Source of the DNA: a virus
Direction: 5' to 3' (one strand)
Length of the DNA stretch: 64,000 nt
Virus record (IMG/VR): IMGVR_UViG_3300035670_000169
Span: 5,304 to 69,303 of that record
Both the position numbers and the translations under genes were made by a program. Under the pieces are notes generated by a model. That model ran no database searches. It saw only the letters and a list, made by a program, of their open reading frames with translations, and had not been told where the DNA came from. This document shows, one piece after another, positions 20,558 through 31,151 of this stretch. How positions within the stretch are numbered: position 1 is the first letter of the stretch; every line of letters begins with the position of its first letter.

Positions 20558-22011
20558 TAGTCAAATAGTTCTTTTTTTTGTGACTGAGTACCAAGAGATG
20601 ATTGCACCTGAGACATCTTAACCCCGTATATGTTCAAGAAGGCGTTGTCTATGTTCCTTATCTTATCTGTATCTGCGGCTGGTATAACTATCTCTTCTGG
20701 AAGGACAACCTCAGAATTTGATGAGATAGAATTCTTGAGCACCACGTCTCCGTTAGATCTGTATATTATTGTTGCTGGGCGAACATATACTGGCTTAGTT
20801 GACTTAACAGTGCCCCCCATGTATCCTTGACTAGAAACCTCAGAGTTGACATATTTGGAAACATCTATGCCTTCTGTCCCAGAAAGACCCGTAACCATTT
20901 CTGGCACGTTGTATATAGTCTCTGTGATTGCCTCTGCTTGAATTTTCTTTTCTTGCAAAGGATCAGCTGTAAACGATGTAACAAGTTCAAGCGGTGCACC
21001 TGGTATTGTGCGCTGCTCTATGTTTCTGAGCAAGTTGTTAAAATTCAGTTGTTGCTGGCTTGGATTTATGCGTGTAGCAGTTGTTGTAACCTTTGCCTTT
21101 GTTTGTATGTACCTCAATGCCTCATCGACGTAATAGGGTATAGGGGCAATTGCTGGATCTGTTTCTGTTGCTGGCATCTCCACCCTTCCACTTAAATCAA
21201 AAATGTTTCTGGCTGATTGGATAAGCATCCCATCCCCATTTGTTTCATCAAGTTGAAGTTTCTGGGTCATTCCCATCCTAATTCTTTCAATCAGTTTATT
21301 TCCAGTAACACCCCCTTCTATAAGGTCATCAACTGTCTTTGAATACAGTTGAGCAAACTCTTCTGGTGAGATGTCCCCCCTCTTCTCTAGGGCTGGCATA
21401 TAGACCGATGTGTCCCCTATGTGTGGATGCATAAGAACATCACCAGACACAACATTCCCTTCTTGATCTTTGATCTCAGCTCCATCCATCCCAACAAACT
21501 GCCCAACAATAGACATCGAGTTTACGTCTGCCCGTGGATTCATCGTACCGATCCCAAAGTAGTAGTTGTCTTTCCTAGATAGATCCTCTGGGGTGTCAAG
21601 CACCTTTACTGTCTTGTCTAACCAAAGCCCAGGGTTACTAACTATTTTAGATGCCTGCACAAGAGAAGGTTTTCTCTGCTGGAAGTGGGTGTCTAGCCCA
21701 GAGTGAATACCAGACAGCTTTGACACATCTGCCAAAAACTCTTGAATGTTAGTGTACTTAGCCCCTGCAAGTTTCTCTGATACGTGAGACTGCAACTTCC
21801 CAAACTCAGCAATATATTGAGGGTTCCATCCGTCTAATTTAAACCCATATACTTTTTCTAGCTGCTTGTACTGGAATGCGTTGTTGCGTTCCTGCTGCTC
21901 GATTCTTTGAGAAAGAGATTCTTTTTGCTGCTGTCGGATTAGAGAAACTTGTTGACTAAGCCTGTCGGCTATAGACTCCCTTACTGGTATTTCCGCTACG
22001 AATTGTCCCAC
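20557..22011 (-). CDS. putative internal virion/ejection protein
   Basis: 484-aa ORF with a GTG start between ejection-type genes; N-terminal coiled coil. Confidence 0.55.
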   Translation of the reverse strand: MGQFVAEIPVRESIADRLSQQVSLIRQQQKESLSQRIEQQERNNAFQYKQLEKVYGFKLDGWNPQYIAEFGKLQSHVSEKLAGAKYTNIQEFLADVSKLSGIHSGLDTHFQQRKPSLVQASKIVSNPGLWLDKTVKVLDTPEDLSRKDNYYFGIGTMNPRADVNSMSIVGQFVGMDGAEIKDQEGNVVSGDVLMHPHIGDTSVYMPALEKRGDISPEEFAQLYSKTVDDLIEGGVTGNKLIERIRMGMTQKLQLDETNGDGMLIQSARNIFDLSGRVEMPATETDPAIAPIPYYVDEALRYIQTKAKVTTTATRINPSQQQLNFNNLLRNIEQRTIPGAPLELVTSFTADPLQEKKIQAEAITETIYNVPEMVTGLSGTEGIDVSKYVNSEVSSQGYMGGTVKSTKPVYVRPATIIYRSNGDVVLKNSISSNSEVVLPEEIVIPAADTDKIRNIDNAFLNIYGVKMSQVQSSLGTQSQKKELFD

Positions 22012-22022
22012 GTTGTTTTGTT

Positions 22023-23033
22023 TTAGTCCTGAAATTGTGGTTGAGAGAAGACACCTCGAACTGCTTTATAGAGCATCATCAGATCGTCCATAGACACCTT
22101 CTTCTTGGACCCCTGTTTCTCCTTTATCATTTCGTATGCGTCCTCTATTGCGTCAGATTGTTCTGGGTTGAGTATATATTCACCCCCAGTCATCTCACCG
22201 ATCTTCGTCCCGTCCTTCATGATGTCTATAGGGTTCTTCTTGTGGCTAAACTCCCCTGGGGTCTTCATAACGCCACCATCGTTAAAGCCAGGCATAAAGG
22301 CTGATGTCCCAACATTTATCACACCAGCACCGATATCACCCCACGCTTGCGCTTTAGATGCCCTGAGGTTCTCTATGTTTTGGGTTGCCATACGTTCAGC
22401 ATCTAATGCCCTATTAAACATTTGCATTCCAAGGCCTCTCCTCATACCTATGTTTTCATCTAAAGCTGCTTGTTCAGCCTGAGCCAGCATCCCTTTAGAA
22501 GCAAGTTCTCTTTGAAGATCAGCCTGCTGCATTTGCATCCTCCCTGCCGCTTCGTTCCTCTGTATACTTGATATAGACCCAGCAAGCGCACGAGGGTCTG
22601 CCGACAAGGCTCTCATGGCCCCAGCAGAAGCCTCCTGCAATGCTGTTGTGTCTGATTTACGTAGCCCAGCTTGAGCAAGGTCTCTAGTTGCCTGAGCTAC
22701 CCTTGAATCATATAAGCCTGAATGAAGTGCTGACGTAAAAGCCTGTTGACGGTCTCGGGCTTGCTTTTGTTCAGTCTCTTGTCTTTTTATTGCCTTGTTA
22801 GCGTATATAAGATCTGCTATACCCCCAGCAATACTGGCCAATCCTTGACCAGCCCCACCTCCTGGGGCATATCCAGGGACTGGTTGACCAAACATATTTG
22901 TTCCACCACCAGTTGGGTTATATCCAGTCATAAAACTGAACCAATTAAATGGATTGCCTCCCGTAGCGCCTGCCGCACCTCCCGTAGAGCCCGTAGCGTC
23001 AGCCGTCCCTCCGTTGCTGTATTTTTTAATCAT
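22023..23033 (-). CDS. putative DNA-ejection/pilot protein
   Basis: Gly/Ala/Gln-rich helical protein with hydrophobic Gly-rich segments; TAACTTTG box at 23048-23055. Confidence 0.55.
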   Translation of the reverse strand: MIKKYSNGGTADATGSTGGAAGATGGNPFNWFSFMTGYNPTGGGTNMFGQPVPGYAPGGGAGQGLASIAGGIADLIYANKAIKRQETEQKQARDRQQAFTSALHSGLYDSRVAQATRDLAQAGLRKSDTTALQEASAGAMRALSADPRALAGSISSIQRNEAAGRMQMQQADLQRELASKGMLAQAEQAALDENIGMRRGLGMQMFNRALDAERMATQNIENLRASKAQAWGDIGAGVINVGTSAFMPGFNDGGVMKTPGEFSHKKNPIDIMKDGTKIGEMTGGEYILNPEQSDAIEDAYEMIKEKQGSKKKVSMDDLMMLYKAVRGVFSQPQFQD

Positions 23034-23061
23034 TAGATTATTTTCTACAAAGTTATCATAT

Positions 23062-24018
23062 TTAACCCAAGCTGGAGTCTAGTTTAGATTGTGCGTAATC
23101 TACGTTGATACAGTACAGCTCAAATGGTTTGGTCTTCGACTCCTCTTTAGAGGATAGGAATATAGCAGCGTACTTTCCACGCAAGCTATCCCCGTGTGTC
23201 TCAGCATTTGATATTATAAATATAGGTCTGTTTATATCAAAGAATGCATCCAGTTCCTCCAACATCGTTTGGTTTGCTGGGGTCCCGTCTATCTTGATCT
23301 TTACGCTATATATAGGTCCAGAACCACTTATGCTCTCTATATACAATTTAGATGCATCATACGCAGTATTCTTGTTGGCATACTGTATTTGAGCCACGTT
23401 TACGTTGGGTAAAAATGCAAGCTGGTTCTGATCTCCTGTAGATACATATAGTCTGTTCTGTGGCCCAGTCTGAACCATCCCAGTAGGAAATATCATCTGC
23501 ACCGTAAACCCAGTTATCAATGTCCCAATGAGCTCTGGCTGGAAGTATGTAGATATTCTGTTGCCAGTATATCTGATATTTCTAGTGGAGTTTCTTTTGC
23601 TAGATCCTATTGAGGCATACAAATTCCCCTCTCTTCTCGTAAAGTTCTTTACGTGAGAAGACTGTATCTCTTCTAAATCCTCCGCATTGGTGATCACATT
23701 AGCAAAGAAAGCATTGGGGTCACTGTTGTTTACCTCCAGTGATATAGAATTAAATGCCTTCTCTTTAGATGGATTTTCGTTAGAGACAACAACTATCTGG
23801 CTTGCCGTAGACACATCGTAGAATGTATTCATCTGTGGGTTTACGTTGTGGACCCAGCACACATTACTTCTAGCCCCAGATTGCAGAATAGATTCTGGTG
23901 TTTGCTCTCTCTTGTTTAGAGAAACAAAAATGTTATCTATAGATGCATAGCAGTCTGGCTCAAACGAGTATCTCGTTGTGAAATAGTTATCTGTTGTAGA
24001 GAATGCAAATGTCTTCAT
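23062..24018 (-). CDS. C-terminal part of the tail stabilization (nozzle) protein, encoded separately
   Basis: Starts MKTFAFS...TTRYSFEP and ends RGKYA...FELYCINVDY..S, resembling the usual C-terminus of this family. Confidence 0.6.
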   Translation of the reverse strand: MKTFAFSTTDNYFTTRYSFEPDCYASIDNIFVSLNKREQTPESILQSGARSNVCWVHNVNPQMNTFYDVSTASQIVVVSNENPSKEKAFNSISLEVNNSDPNAFFANVITNAEDLEEIQSSHVKNFTRREGNLYASIGSSKRNSTRNIRYTGNRISTYFQPELIGTLITGFTVQMIFPTGMVQTGPQNRLYVSTGDQNQLAFLPNVNVAQIQYANKNTAYDASKLYIESISGSGPIYSVKIKIDGTPANQTMLEELDAFFDINRPIFIISNAETHGDSLRGKYAAIFLSSKEESKTKPFELYCINVDYAQSKLDSSLG

Positions 24019-24545
24019 TATATCAAGTTTTCATCACCCCATTGATCAGATCTAGAGGGAGGGTACATTACACCAAATTTACTTAATAGGTTAAGGTAGT
24101 CATCTATGCCTATCCAATAATCCACAGCATTGTTAATGCACACCATGTTTATCTTAGCTAAAAGATCATCATCAACATTCTCATTCCAGAAAAGAAGCCT
24201 GTTGTAAAAACTAGATATCTTTTCTTCGCTAAAAGAAACAACATTTAAAAACTGATTTTCTCTAGTTGAGTTGTTGCTTATCCCCTTTTCTGTTTGAGCT
24301 GGTATTTGAATCAATACAGTATAAGAGTTTTGGTATGCAATAAGTTCTTGAATTCCAGATATCAATCCGTTCATTGTATCAATTATCTGGTTTTGCTCAA
24401 CAGTCGAGCCAGATGGAGGCGTTATAGAAATACTACCAACTGGCTGTGCAGCCAAGAAATCAAGCAAGTCGTTCACATTAGACGGGACGCTTGGTGCAGT
24501 AGACGGCTGCTGGGCTAAGTATTCAAGTAATTCAGCTACTGTCAT
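24018..24545 (-). CDS. hypothetical protein with repeated V.(D/E)LL.(Y/F)LA helices
   Basis: Coupled by ATGA and TAATG overlaps to both neighbours. Confidence 0.55.
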   Translation of the reverse strand: MTVAELLEYLAQQPSTAPSVPSNVNDLLDFLAAQPVGSISITPPSGSTVEQNQIIDTMNGLISGIQELIAYQNSYTVLIQIPAQTEKGISNNSTRENQFLNVVSFSEEKISSFYNRLLFWNENVDDDLLAKINMVCINNAVDYWIGIDDYLNLLSKFGVMYPPSRSDQWGDENLI

Positions 24546-27500
24546 GGCGTATATCCAGATAGGAAGTCTAGTAAATTTGTAACTGCCTCTGGATCACTTG
24601 TGGATATTGAAGCGCCAGTTGCAGTAATCAACGATTCAGGAGGTCCTGACAAGCCAGCAAGATACAATAAATAATCAGAAACATTTACATCAACAAGCGG
24701 AGCCACTTGAGTTGTTGAATTTACATAGACCTGATTTAACAGCAATACTTTTTCAACTAATGCTTCTAGTTGCTGTGTTAAGGCTGGGCCACTGGGTTTG
24801 GATGGTGGTATTAAAAAGTTCTGATTTATATCAGTTTCATAGTAGGCGAAGAATTTATTGAAGTCGTCCACGTCTATCGTGCCATCATCATCAAAATCAT
24901 AGAGGTTGAACGCTTGGTGAAGGTTCAATGGTTTTGATTTTGTAAAATTGAACAATGCCTTTAAATCAGATAGCTTCAATCCATTATATTCAATAAACTT
25001 TTCTATAGTGTTTATAACGACTGTGTTTGTGGGTACAAACGGATTCCCACCACCAACAACGTTTACCCCAGAGTTGCCACCAGCCGTTCCAACTTCACCA
25101 CCACCAACCGCCGCTTGGCCACCCTGTCCATTACCCCCAGCTGTCCCAACATCCCCACCACCAACAGCAACCTGTCCATCACCACCTTCAGAAAGCGTTG
25201 GGAATGAAACATTAAAGCACAAATACGCTCCTTTGTCAGAATATGGGTAGTTGGCATTTGGATCATAGTTGCTGTATGATGGATCCATACAGCCCCTAAA
25301 TACTTTTTGGTCTATGCATACTGGTCCTATTGCAAACGGGGCCCCTGGCGCAGTCCCAAAGTTTGTTCCTGGGTGAAAGTCTGTACAGTTGTTATTGCAG
25401 TCGTATGGGTACTCTGCATATACGCATGAGTTATCGTCAGCGTTTGCAAGTGAATTATAGTTACATGCGTCAGGATCAGTGCACCCGTAGATTGGCGGAT
25501 CTCTATCGTCACAGATATCATCTCCGTCTATGTCATCAATGCATTTCCCATCACAATCTCTCCCAGGTATTGGGAACTTGCATGTCCCATCATCAATCTT
25601 TGCATCAGGATCATAGTTGCAAGCATTTATATTCTTACACCCTTTCTTGGGTGCATCGATAGAATCTACAACTACTCCAGGAGCACCAGTATTTCTTGTT
25701 GGATCAACGTCTATTCTTTTTACTGTAAACACATACTCCTCGTTGAGTGGATCATACCCACCGATAACTTTGATGTCAGCCTTGGATACAAGGGATGATG
25801 TGTTTAGAATAGAATTAAACATCTCCCTCAGATAGGAGGACATTCCAGTAGATGACACGTCTTCAATCCCCGTAGACGTTAGCTTAAAGACCTTTGCCGT
25901 TGACTTGTGCACAAAGTAAACAGTCCCGTCTACATCAACAACTGACTCAGGATTGTTATCACATCCAGCTCTTCCAGCATAGAATTTGCTTGTACCAAGA
26001 ACTTCTGTGGATGACACAAGGAACTCGCTATTTGCATTGTCACTCAAAAGGTTTCTAAGCACAGGTGAGTAGCTAACCTTGTCCTCCTGAATGACCAGTA
26101 TAGAATCACCCCTGTCAATCATAAAGTTAATTGATCCGTATACCTCTGGTATGTCCTTGTAGTTTAACAGAGAGTAATTAAACGAGGAGTATTTGGGTCT
26201 GGTGGTAGACACAGCAGACTGGTCAGAATACGTTATGCTAGATTCGTTTCTTGTTTCCTTTGCATTCTTCAACACGCTATTTGGCCTACCTGTACCAATA
26301 GAGTCAGCCCTAACAAGATCTGTAAATGTTTTTGATTCTAGATAGTAGTTTTTAAAGTTTGACTTTGAAGTATTGCTACCACCAGTACCTAATGTGTCTA
26401 CAAGTATGTCTTGAAACAGAGAGTTTTGATATTCCCTGAAGTTGACAGCCACTTTTCTCCACCACACATCGCCTTCCGTAAGAAGCGTTGACTCTCCATG
26501 AGTCAGTTGATTCCCTTGTGACAAAATTGGTTTTATAGGACCAATCTCGTAGTATATCTTCTGCTCTTGTTCGGATATCTTAGATGGTGTATAGATCTCT
26601 ATGATGCAGTTGTTGCTCCATACATCTGTTCCGTTTTTTACTGAAGCAAAGTCAAACGGGCTTGCCGTTGGATTATTTTTTATGATCGCAAACTCCCCCA
26701 TCTTGTTAAATGGAGGTGTTGTGCTTCCAGCGTGAAGTGGGTTATTTGAATCACCAATATTTACCACATCTACTATCTCGAAGTCATACTTGTTTGGATA
26801 TACAATCTGTTCGGACGTTGTCTTGTATGATATAACCCTGAGTCTATCCCCCTTCTTGAACTTGTATAGTTGCAAGCCTCCCTCAGGACTTCTAGCCCCA
26901 AAAGAACTGCTGTATGACACGATACTTGTCTGAAGATAGTTCAGCGAGATGTATATGTTTTGCTCTGTCTCAGTGTCACCAACACTTGTGAATGCGCCCC
27001 CAGCTGTATACTGAACAAAGTCTTGGATAGACGTTGATTTGGTATGTGCGAATTGATAGAATCTGGCCCATGGTGGTGGTGGACTGCTTACAGAAATCTC
27101 TATGTCAACCTTTCCCTTTTGCTCCCCTTGAGGTCTTTCTTGACTTGAATACCCAGCAACATATACGCCGCCTATAGGATTCACAAACCCATGCCTGCCT
27201 CTTTCGTCATAATATATTACACCAAACTCATGAGATGATGCTGACTTAAATGATCTGTATTCGCTGTAGTCTTTTAGTGTGTCCCCAGAGAAAAGAGCAT
27301 ATATTGTTTCTATTTCAGAATACTTTATGTCGTCATTGTATTCTTGTTCTGATATATATCGAGAATTACTTAGCGGCGAGGGCAAAGTAAGGGGCATAAA
27401 CGTTGACTTTTCCTTACCACCAAACTGATTAAATCTAGCAATAGACACCAATGCCTCTGAGTCTTCAATGTGGTTAAACACGTCTCTAGGAACATGAGCT

Positions 27501-30310
27501 ATTTTTAAATTTGTTCCAGTAAAGAAAACGCCACCAACAGCATATAAAAGACCGCCATTAGTTCCTATGTTGGCATCTGTTCCATAACTATAGCCATTAG
27601 CCCAAGATGATAATTGAGACGGAAGAAAATATCTATTTACTTTTGATATAGACCCCATCTTTGAAAAATCACCATCATTATAATTTAAGCCCCCAACTGC
27701 GCCACCAGCAGCAGACTCTCCATCAGTCAAACATATACCTACAATATTTATATCTGCTTCCTGTTCATCAAACTTATTTCTTTGAGAAAAATCTATATTA
27801 TTTAAGTTCTCTAAATATCCAAATTGTTTTGTGTAATTAAATATTCCATATAAGTTGTTTAAGTTGGGAAAATTTCCCCAGTCATTGTATTCGTCACCAA
27901 ATGCGTTTGGAGTTATTTGAAAAAATTTATCTGCCGTAGGGAATCCGATTTCATCTAAAAATGCTTGACGGGATTCTGCATTTGGCGTTCCAGCATCTCC
28001 GTTTAAAAAATCTTTTGTAAGAACATACCATGGCGCTTCTGCGTTCGCACTTCTCACACAAGTAACTAGATCAATGTTTTTTACTTCATTAGCACACAAT
28101 AATATCTCCACTACAGATCCACCAGACCCATCTGCACTTTTTACAAAGTCAAATGAAAAGTCAACAGTTGCTTTATTTACTATGAAGTAACCTATTGGAG
28201 GATTAAGTGTAATGTCGTCAATAGTTTCAAGAAAATCTTGTGGAACTCCAGTAGTAAAACTTGATGAATAATCGCCAATACTACATATAAGGTTGCTTCT
28301 ATAATCTGGAGATAATCCTGGAGTTACTGCATTCCCAAGATTGTCAACACCAAGCATAGACCTTGATGTCGTTATTTCGGTGAAGTCTTCTAGCCCAAGA
28401 TTAACTGAATGAATATAAGAATTATTCTGAGCCAATATAGATATTGGATATGTGAATTCACTATATCCAGCAAGCATTTGAGCAATAGTAGTTGCTACAA
28501 CGGCAGATGCCTCGTCATTTGTAACAGTATCCCCTTCATATTGAAACGATACATTAAATTCTAATTGTCCGCCTTGAATAATTAAAGGATTTTCCTCAGA
28601 TGATCCAACAATAGACTTGGTAACTACTTTAGTGGTCCCAGATCTATCTACATATCTATAAACTAAATCATCTTTTATTGTTGTGCCCCATATGTTTGCT
28701 CCTTGAATAAAGTTTTCACCTGGTATTATGGTAGATATATATTCAAGATTTTGATTAGACGAGTTTGTTGGAAGATATGAATCATCCCCATTGAAATATG
28801 TGTCAGCCGTCCTTATAGTTGGGGCTGGCATGAAATGCTTTCTCTTGTAAATATGAAAGTTTCTATCTGGAGCAATACTGAGCTGTAAAGACACGACATC
28901 TCCAGCCGAAAGTTTTGGGATACCTCTGGCATCTATGATGTAGTTTGCCCCAGCATTGTACATCTTGTTTTTCTTTAACTTATCTTGCAGGGGCTCATCT
29001 TCATCCCATATAGCATGAGGACGGATTCCAGAAATGACCTTTATGTCTATCTCCTCGTCTGTTGGTCGTGGGCTATACCGTGGGGTGATCTTTGCAGTAA
29101 CCTTGACGTTGTCAAAGCTATCTACGTAGTTACCATAGAAGAGTCTGTTGTTTGAAACAACCTGACATTGGGCAATCTTTGGGACATTATCAAACTGCTT
29201 TGCAACCTCTTCAGCACTGACCCCAACAAGAATCTTGTTGTTATAAAAACTATAAACAGACTGAGTATGCAACCAGTTTTCAGAGGAATCTGTTGTGCTC
29301 ACCTCGTCAACAACTAGCCAAGACCCATTGTCGCCTTCCCTAACAAGTATCTTTATGAAATCAACCTCTTTGTTTGTAGGTGGAAGCGTAAGAACGCATA
29401 CGTTATTTACGGTATAGTTTACATATGTCTGAGCCCCTTGCTCTAAGGTAACTGGGGGTACAGCAAGAGATGAGTAAGGAGATATGCTAGACTCAATCCC
29501 ATCCTTGTATATCCACTGATATGCAAACTGGAATCCACTTGTGTTCTTGAAGTTTGACTCTAGATATTGCGTGTCGTACCCAAACTCGAACTTGATCTTT
29601 TCAAGAGGAGTTCTTGGGCATGAGGAAACAAGATCTCTGAATTCTTGAATAGTGTATGAATAGTATCCAACTTGTTGGTTAGTTGTTTGTTGTGCGTTGT
29701 CTAATAATGCCCTGTAGGCATTTACCTTCTTCGGTTCGTTCTTGTTGTCAGTGAAGTATATGATGGCATCTGTGTTCATGTCATCGATATATCCCTGCTG
29801 TGTCATGTGGCTTTCTATGACAGGATACTTTTCAAACTCAGATCTGTTTATGTGTACTATGTCTGCACTTACAAACCCGTCTTCAGGGAAGTTGAACTGG
29901 TTAGATTTGAGAATAAGTCTTACTGAGTTTTGCTTTCCTTGAGGTACAGTTTTGTTTTTAGGCAGTTTCCCATATGGATCATACGCGTAAATGCCATGCT
30001 CGTTTCTGTCGCTAGACCAGACAAAGAAGTATATGATCTTGGACTTGTTGTCTACTACACTGCCTATAGTTCTATGAGTTATCCCAGCCTCTTCCTTTAG
30101 TTGATCAAACTCATTATAGAACGTTGCTCTTGAGTTACCCTTAACGTTCTTTAGTACTCCAGCATCACCAGAAGAATCATCCCCGTCTGCCCCAGAAGCC
30201 GTATCATTGCTGCTGTACCTGACATTCAGAGCATCCACCATAGCATTCTCTGCCGTCAGCTTGAGATCTGTAGTAGAGTCTAGCTGGCGTGGTATTATTT
30301 TATTTATCAT
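24542..30310 (-). CDS. tail stabilization protein (P22 gp10-like / crAss-type), N-terminal part, with Cys-rich repeats and an EF-hand
   Basis: Motifs DALNVR..G.LKNVKGN, YFTDNKNEPKKVN, NRLFYGNY, FGVIYYDERGR, GGYDP; C-terminal GCTDPDACNY repeats and DFDDDGTIDVDD. Confidence 0.8.
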   Translation of the reverse strand: MINKIIPRQLDSTTDLKLTAENAMVDALNVRYSSNDTASGADGDDSSGDAGVLKNVKGNSRATFYNEFDQLKEEAGITHRTIGSVVDNKSKIIYFFVWSSDRNEHGIYAYDPYGKLPKNKTVPQGKQNSVRLILKSNQFNFPEDGFVSADIVHINRSEFEKYPVIESHMTQQGYIDDMNTDAIIYFTDNKNEPKKVNAYRALLDNAQQTTNQQVGYYSYTIQEFRDLVSSCPRTPLEKIKFEFGYDTQYLESNFKNTSGFQFAYQWIYKDGIESSISPYSSLAVPPVTLEQGAQTYVNYTVNNVCVLTLPPTNKEVDFIKILVREGDNGSWLVVDEVSTTDSSENWLHTQSVYSFYNNKILVGVSAEEVAKQFDNVPKIAQCQVVSNNRLFYGNYVDSFDNVKVTAKITPRYSPRPTDEEIDIKVISGIRPHAIWDEDEPLQDKLKKNKMYNAGANYIIDARGIPKLSAGDVVSLQLSIAPDRNFHIYKRKHFMPAPTIRTADTYFNGDDSYLPTNSSNQNLEYISTIIPGENFIQGANIWGTTIKDDLVYRYVDRSGTTKVVTKSIVGSSEENPLIIQGGQLEFNVSFQYEGDTVTNDEASAVVATTIAQMLAGYSEFTYPISILAQNNSYIHSVNLGLEDFTEITTSRSMLGVDNLGNAVTPGLSPDYRSNLICSIGDYSSSFTTGVPQDFLETIDDITLNPPIGYFIVNKATVDFSFDFVKSADGSGGSVVEILLCANEVKNIDLVTCVRSANAEAPWYVLTKDFLNGDAGTPNAESRQAFLDEIGFPTADKFFQITPNAFGDEYNDWGNFPNLNNLYGIFNYTKQFGYLENLNNIDFSQRNKFDEQEADINIVGICLTDGESAAGGAVGGLNYNDGDFSKMGSISKVNRYFLPSQLSSWANGYSYGTDANIGTNGGLLYAVGGVFFTGTNLKIAHVPRDVFNHIEDSEALVSIARFNQFGGKEKSTFMPLTLPSPLSNSRYISEQEYNDDIKYSEIETIYALFSGDTLKDYSEYRSFKSASSHEFGVIYYDERGRHGFVNPIGGVYVAGYSSQERPQGEQKGKVDIEISVSSPPPPWARFYQFAHTKSTSIQDFVQYTAGGAFTSVGDTETEQNIYISLNYLQTSIVSYSSSFGARSPEGGLQLYKFKKGDRLRVISYKTTSEQIVYPNKYDFEIVDVVNIGDSNNPLHAGSTTPPFNKMGEFAIIKNNPTASPFDFASVKNGTDVWSNNCIIEIYTPSKISEQEQKIYYEIGPIKPILSQGNQLTHGESTLLTEGDVWWRKVAVNFREYQNSLFQDILVDTLGTGGSNTSKSNFKNYYLESKTFTDLVRADSIGTGRPNSVLKNAKETRNESSITYSDQSAVSTTRPKYSSFNYSLLNYKDIPEVYGSINFMIDRGDSILVIQEDKVSYSPVLRNLLSDNANSEFLVSSTEVLGTSKFYAGRAGCDNNPESVVDVDGTVYFVHKSTAKVFKLTSTGIEDVSSTGMSSYLREMFNSILNTSSLVSKADIKVIGGYDPLNEEYVFTVKRIDVDPTRNTGAPGVVVDSIDAPKKGCKNINACNYDPDAKIDDGTCKFPIPGRDCDGKCIDDIDGDDICDDRDPPIYGCTDPDACNYNSLANADDNSCVYAEYPYDCNNNCTDFHPGTNFGTAPGAPFAIGPVCIDQKVFRGCMDPSYSNYDPNANYPYSDKGAYLCFNVSFPTLSEGGDGQVAVGGGDVGTAGGNGQGGQAAVGGGEVGTAGGNSGVNVVGGGNPFVPTNTVVINTIEKFIEYNGLKLSDLKALFNFTKSKPLNLHQAFNLYDFDDDGTIDVDDFNKFFAYYETDINQNFLIPPSKPSGPALTQQLEALVEKVLLLNQVYVNSTTQVAPLVDVNVSDYLLYLAGLSGPPESLITATGASISTSDPEAVTNLLDFLSGYTP

Positions 30311-30311
30311 C

Positions 30312-31151
30312 TTAATACTTTGGTACTTGCGTGAAGTTCTTTCTAATCGTCTTCAGGGCATTCTCTTTGGTGAAGTTGCTCAACCTTGCATTGGCAAGTC
30401 TTCTTTCGTTGTAGTATTCTGCTCTGGCCCTGGCCTTTTCTGAAGCTGGGACCGTAGCCTTCTTTTCAATCAGTTTGTAGTACATGTACGCACGCAGGGC
30501 TTCCTCGGCATATACGTGCACTGAAGGATCTGACGACCTAGCTTCGTCGGCAACGTACTCCAAAACCACCTCACTGATGTCAGAACGCTTCTGCAATTCG
30601 ATTCTGTTCTGGTCAAGGTTCATCCTGTACTCACCTCTGTGGTGTCCACCACCCATCCCGTATATCCTTCCTATGCCACCCTCGTACATGAAGTTCTCAA
30701 ACACATACTCATAGAAGCTAGAAATAGTTGATGTTTGGTTCAACGTGGCAGTCTTGCTGTCCACGGTGTCCTCTATCTTATTCAGTTCTATGTTCAACGG
30801 GTTGTTGTTGAACGTATTATATGTAGCCGTCTCACCAGTATCACTTACTTTCTTCTGAGAGTAGTTTAGGTTTTTGTTCTCTGCAAACACATACACCATC
30901 CCGTCCTCTGCAACAACGCCGATCTTGATCAGATCAACAAAGTCATCTGGCAGCAATACCGTATCGTTAGTTTCAACTGACAACTTAAGTGACTTGACCT
31001 TCTTGCCAATGTCAAACCCAATATCCCTGATGCCTCTCAGGGCTATGTTCCTGAGTTGTATGTCGGATACATTGCTTACGTAGTCATCAGAATCCATTGA
31101 GATTCTGAAGTCACCTATTATATTCTTAAGACGTACTGTGTTGTGTGACAT
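30312..31151 (-). CDS. tail ring/tubular structural protein
   Basis: Motifs LPDDFVDLIKI and VVLEYVAD...VHVYAEEALRAY, typical of crAss-related tail ring proteins; position after the capsid block. Confidence 0.7.
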   Translation of the reverse strand: MSHNTVRLKNIIGDFRISMDSDDYVSNVSDIQLRNIALRGIRDIGFDIGKKVKSLKLSVETNDTVLLPDDFVDLIKIGVVAEDGMVYVFAENKNLNYSQKKVSDTGETATYNTFNNNPLNIELNKIEDTVDSKTATLNQTSTISSFYEYVFENFMYEGGIGRIYGMGGGHHRGEYRMNLDQNRIELQKRSDISEVVLEYVADEARSSDPSVHVYAEEALRAYMYYKLIEKKATVPASEKARARAEYYNERRLANARLSNFTKENALKTIRKNFTQVPKY

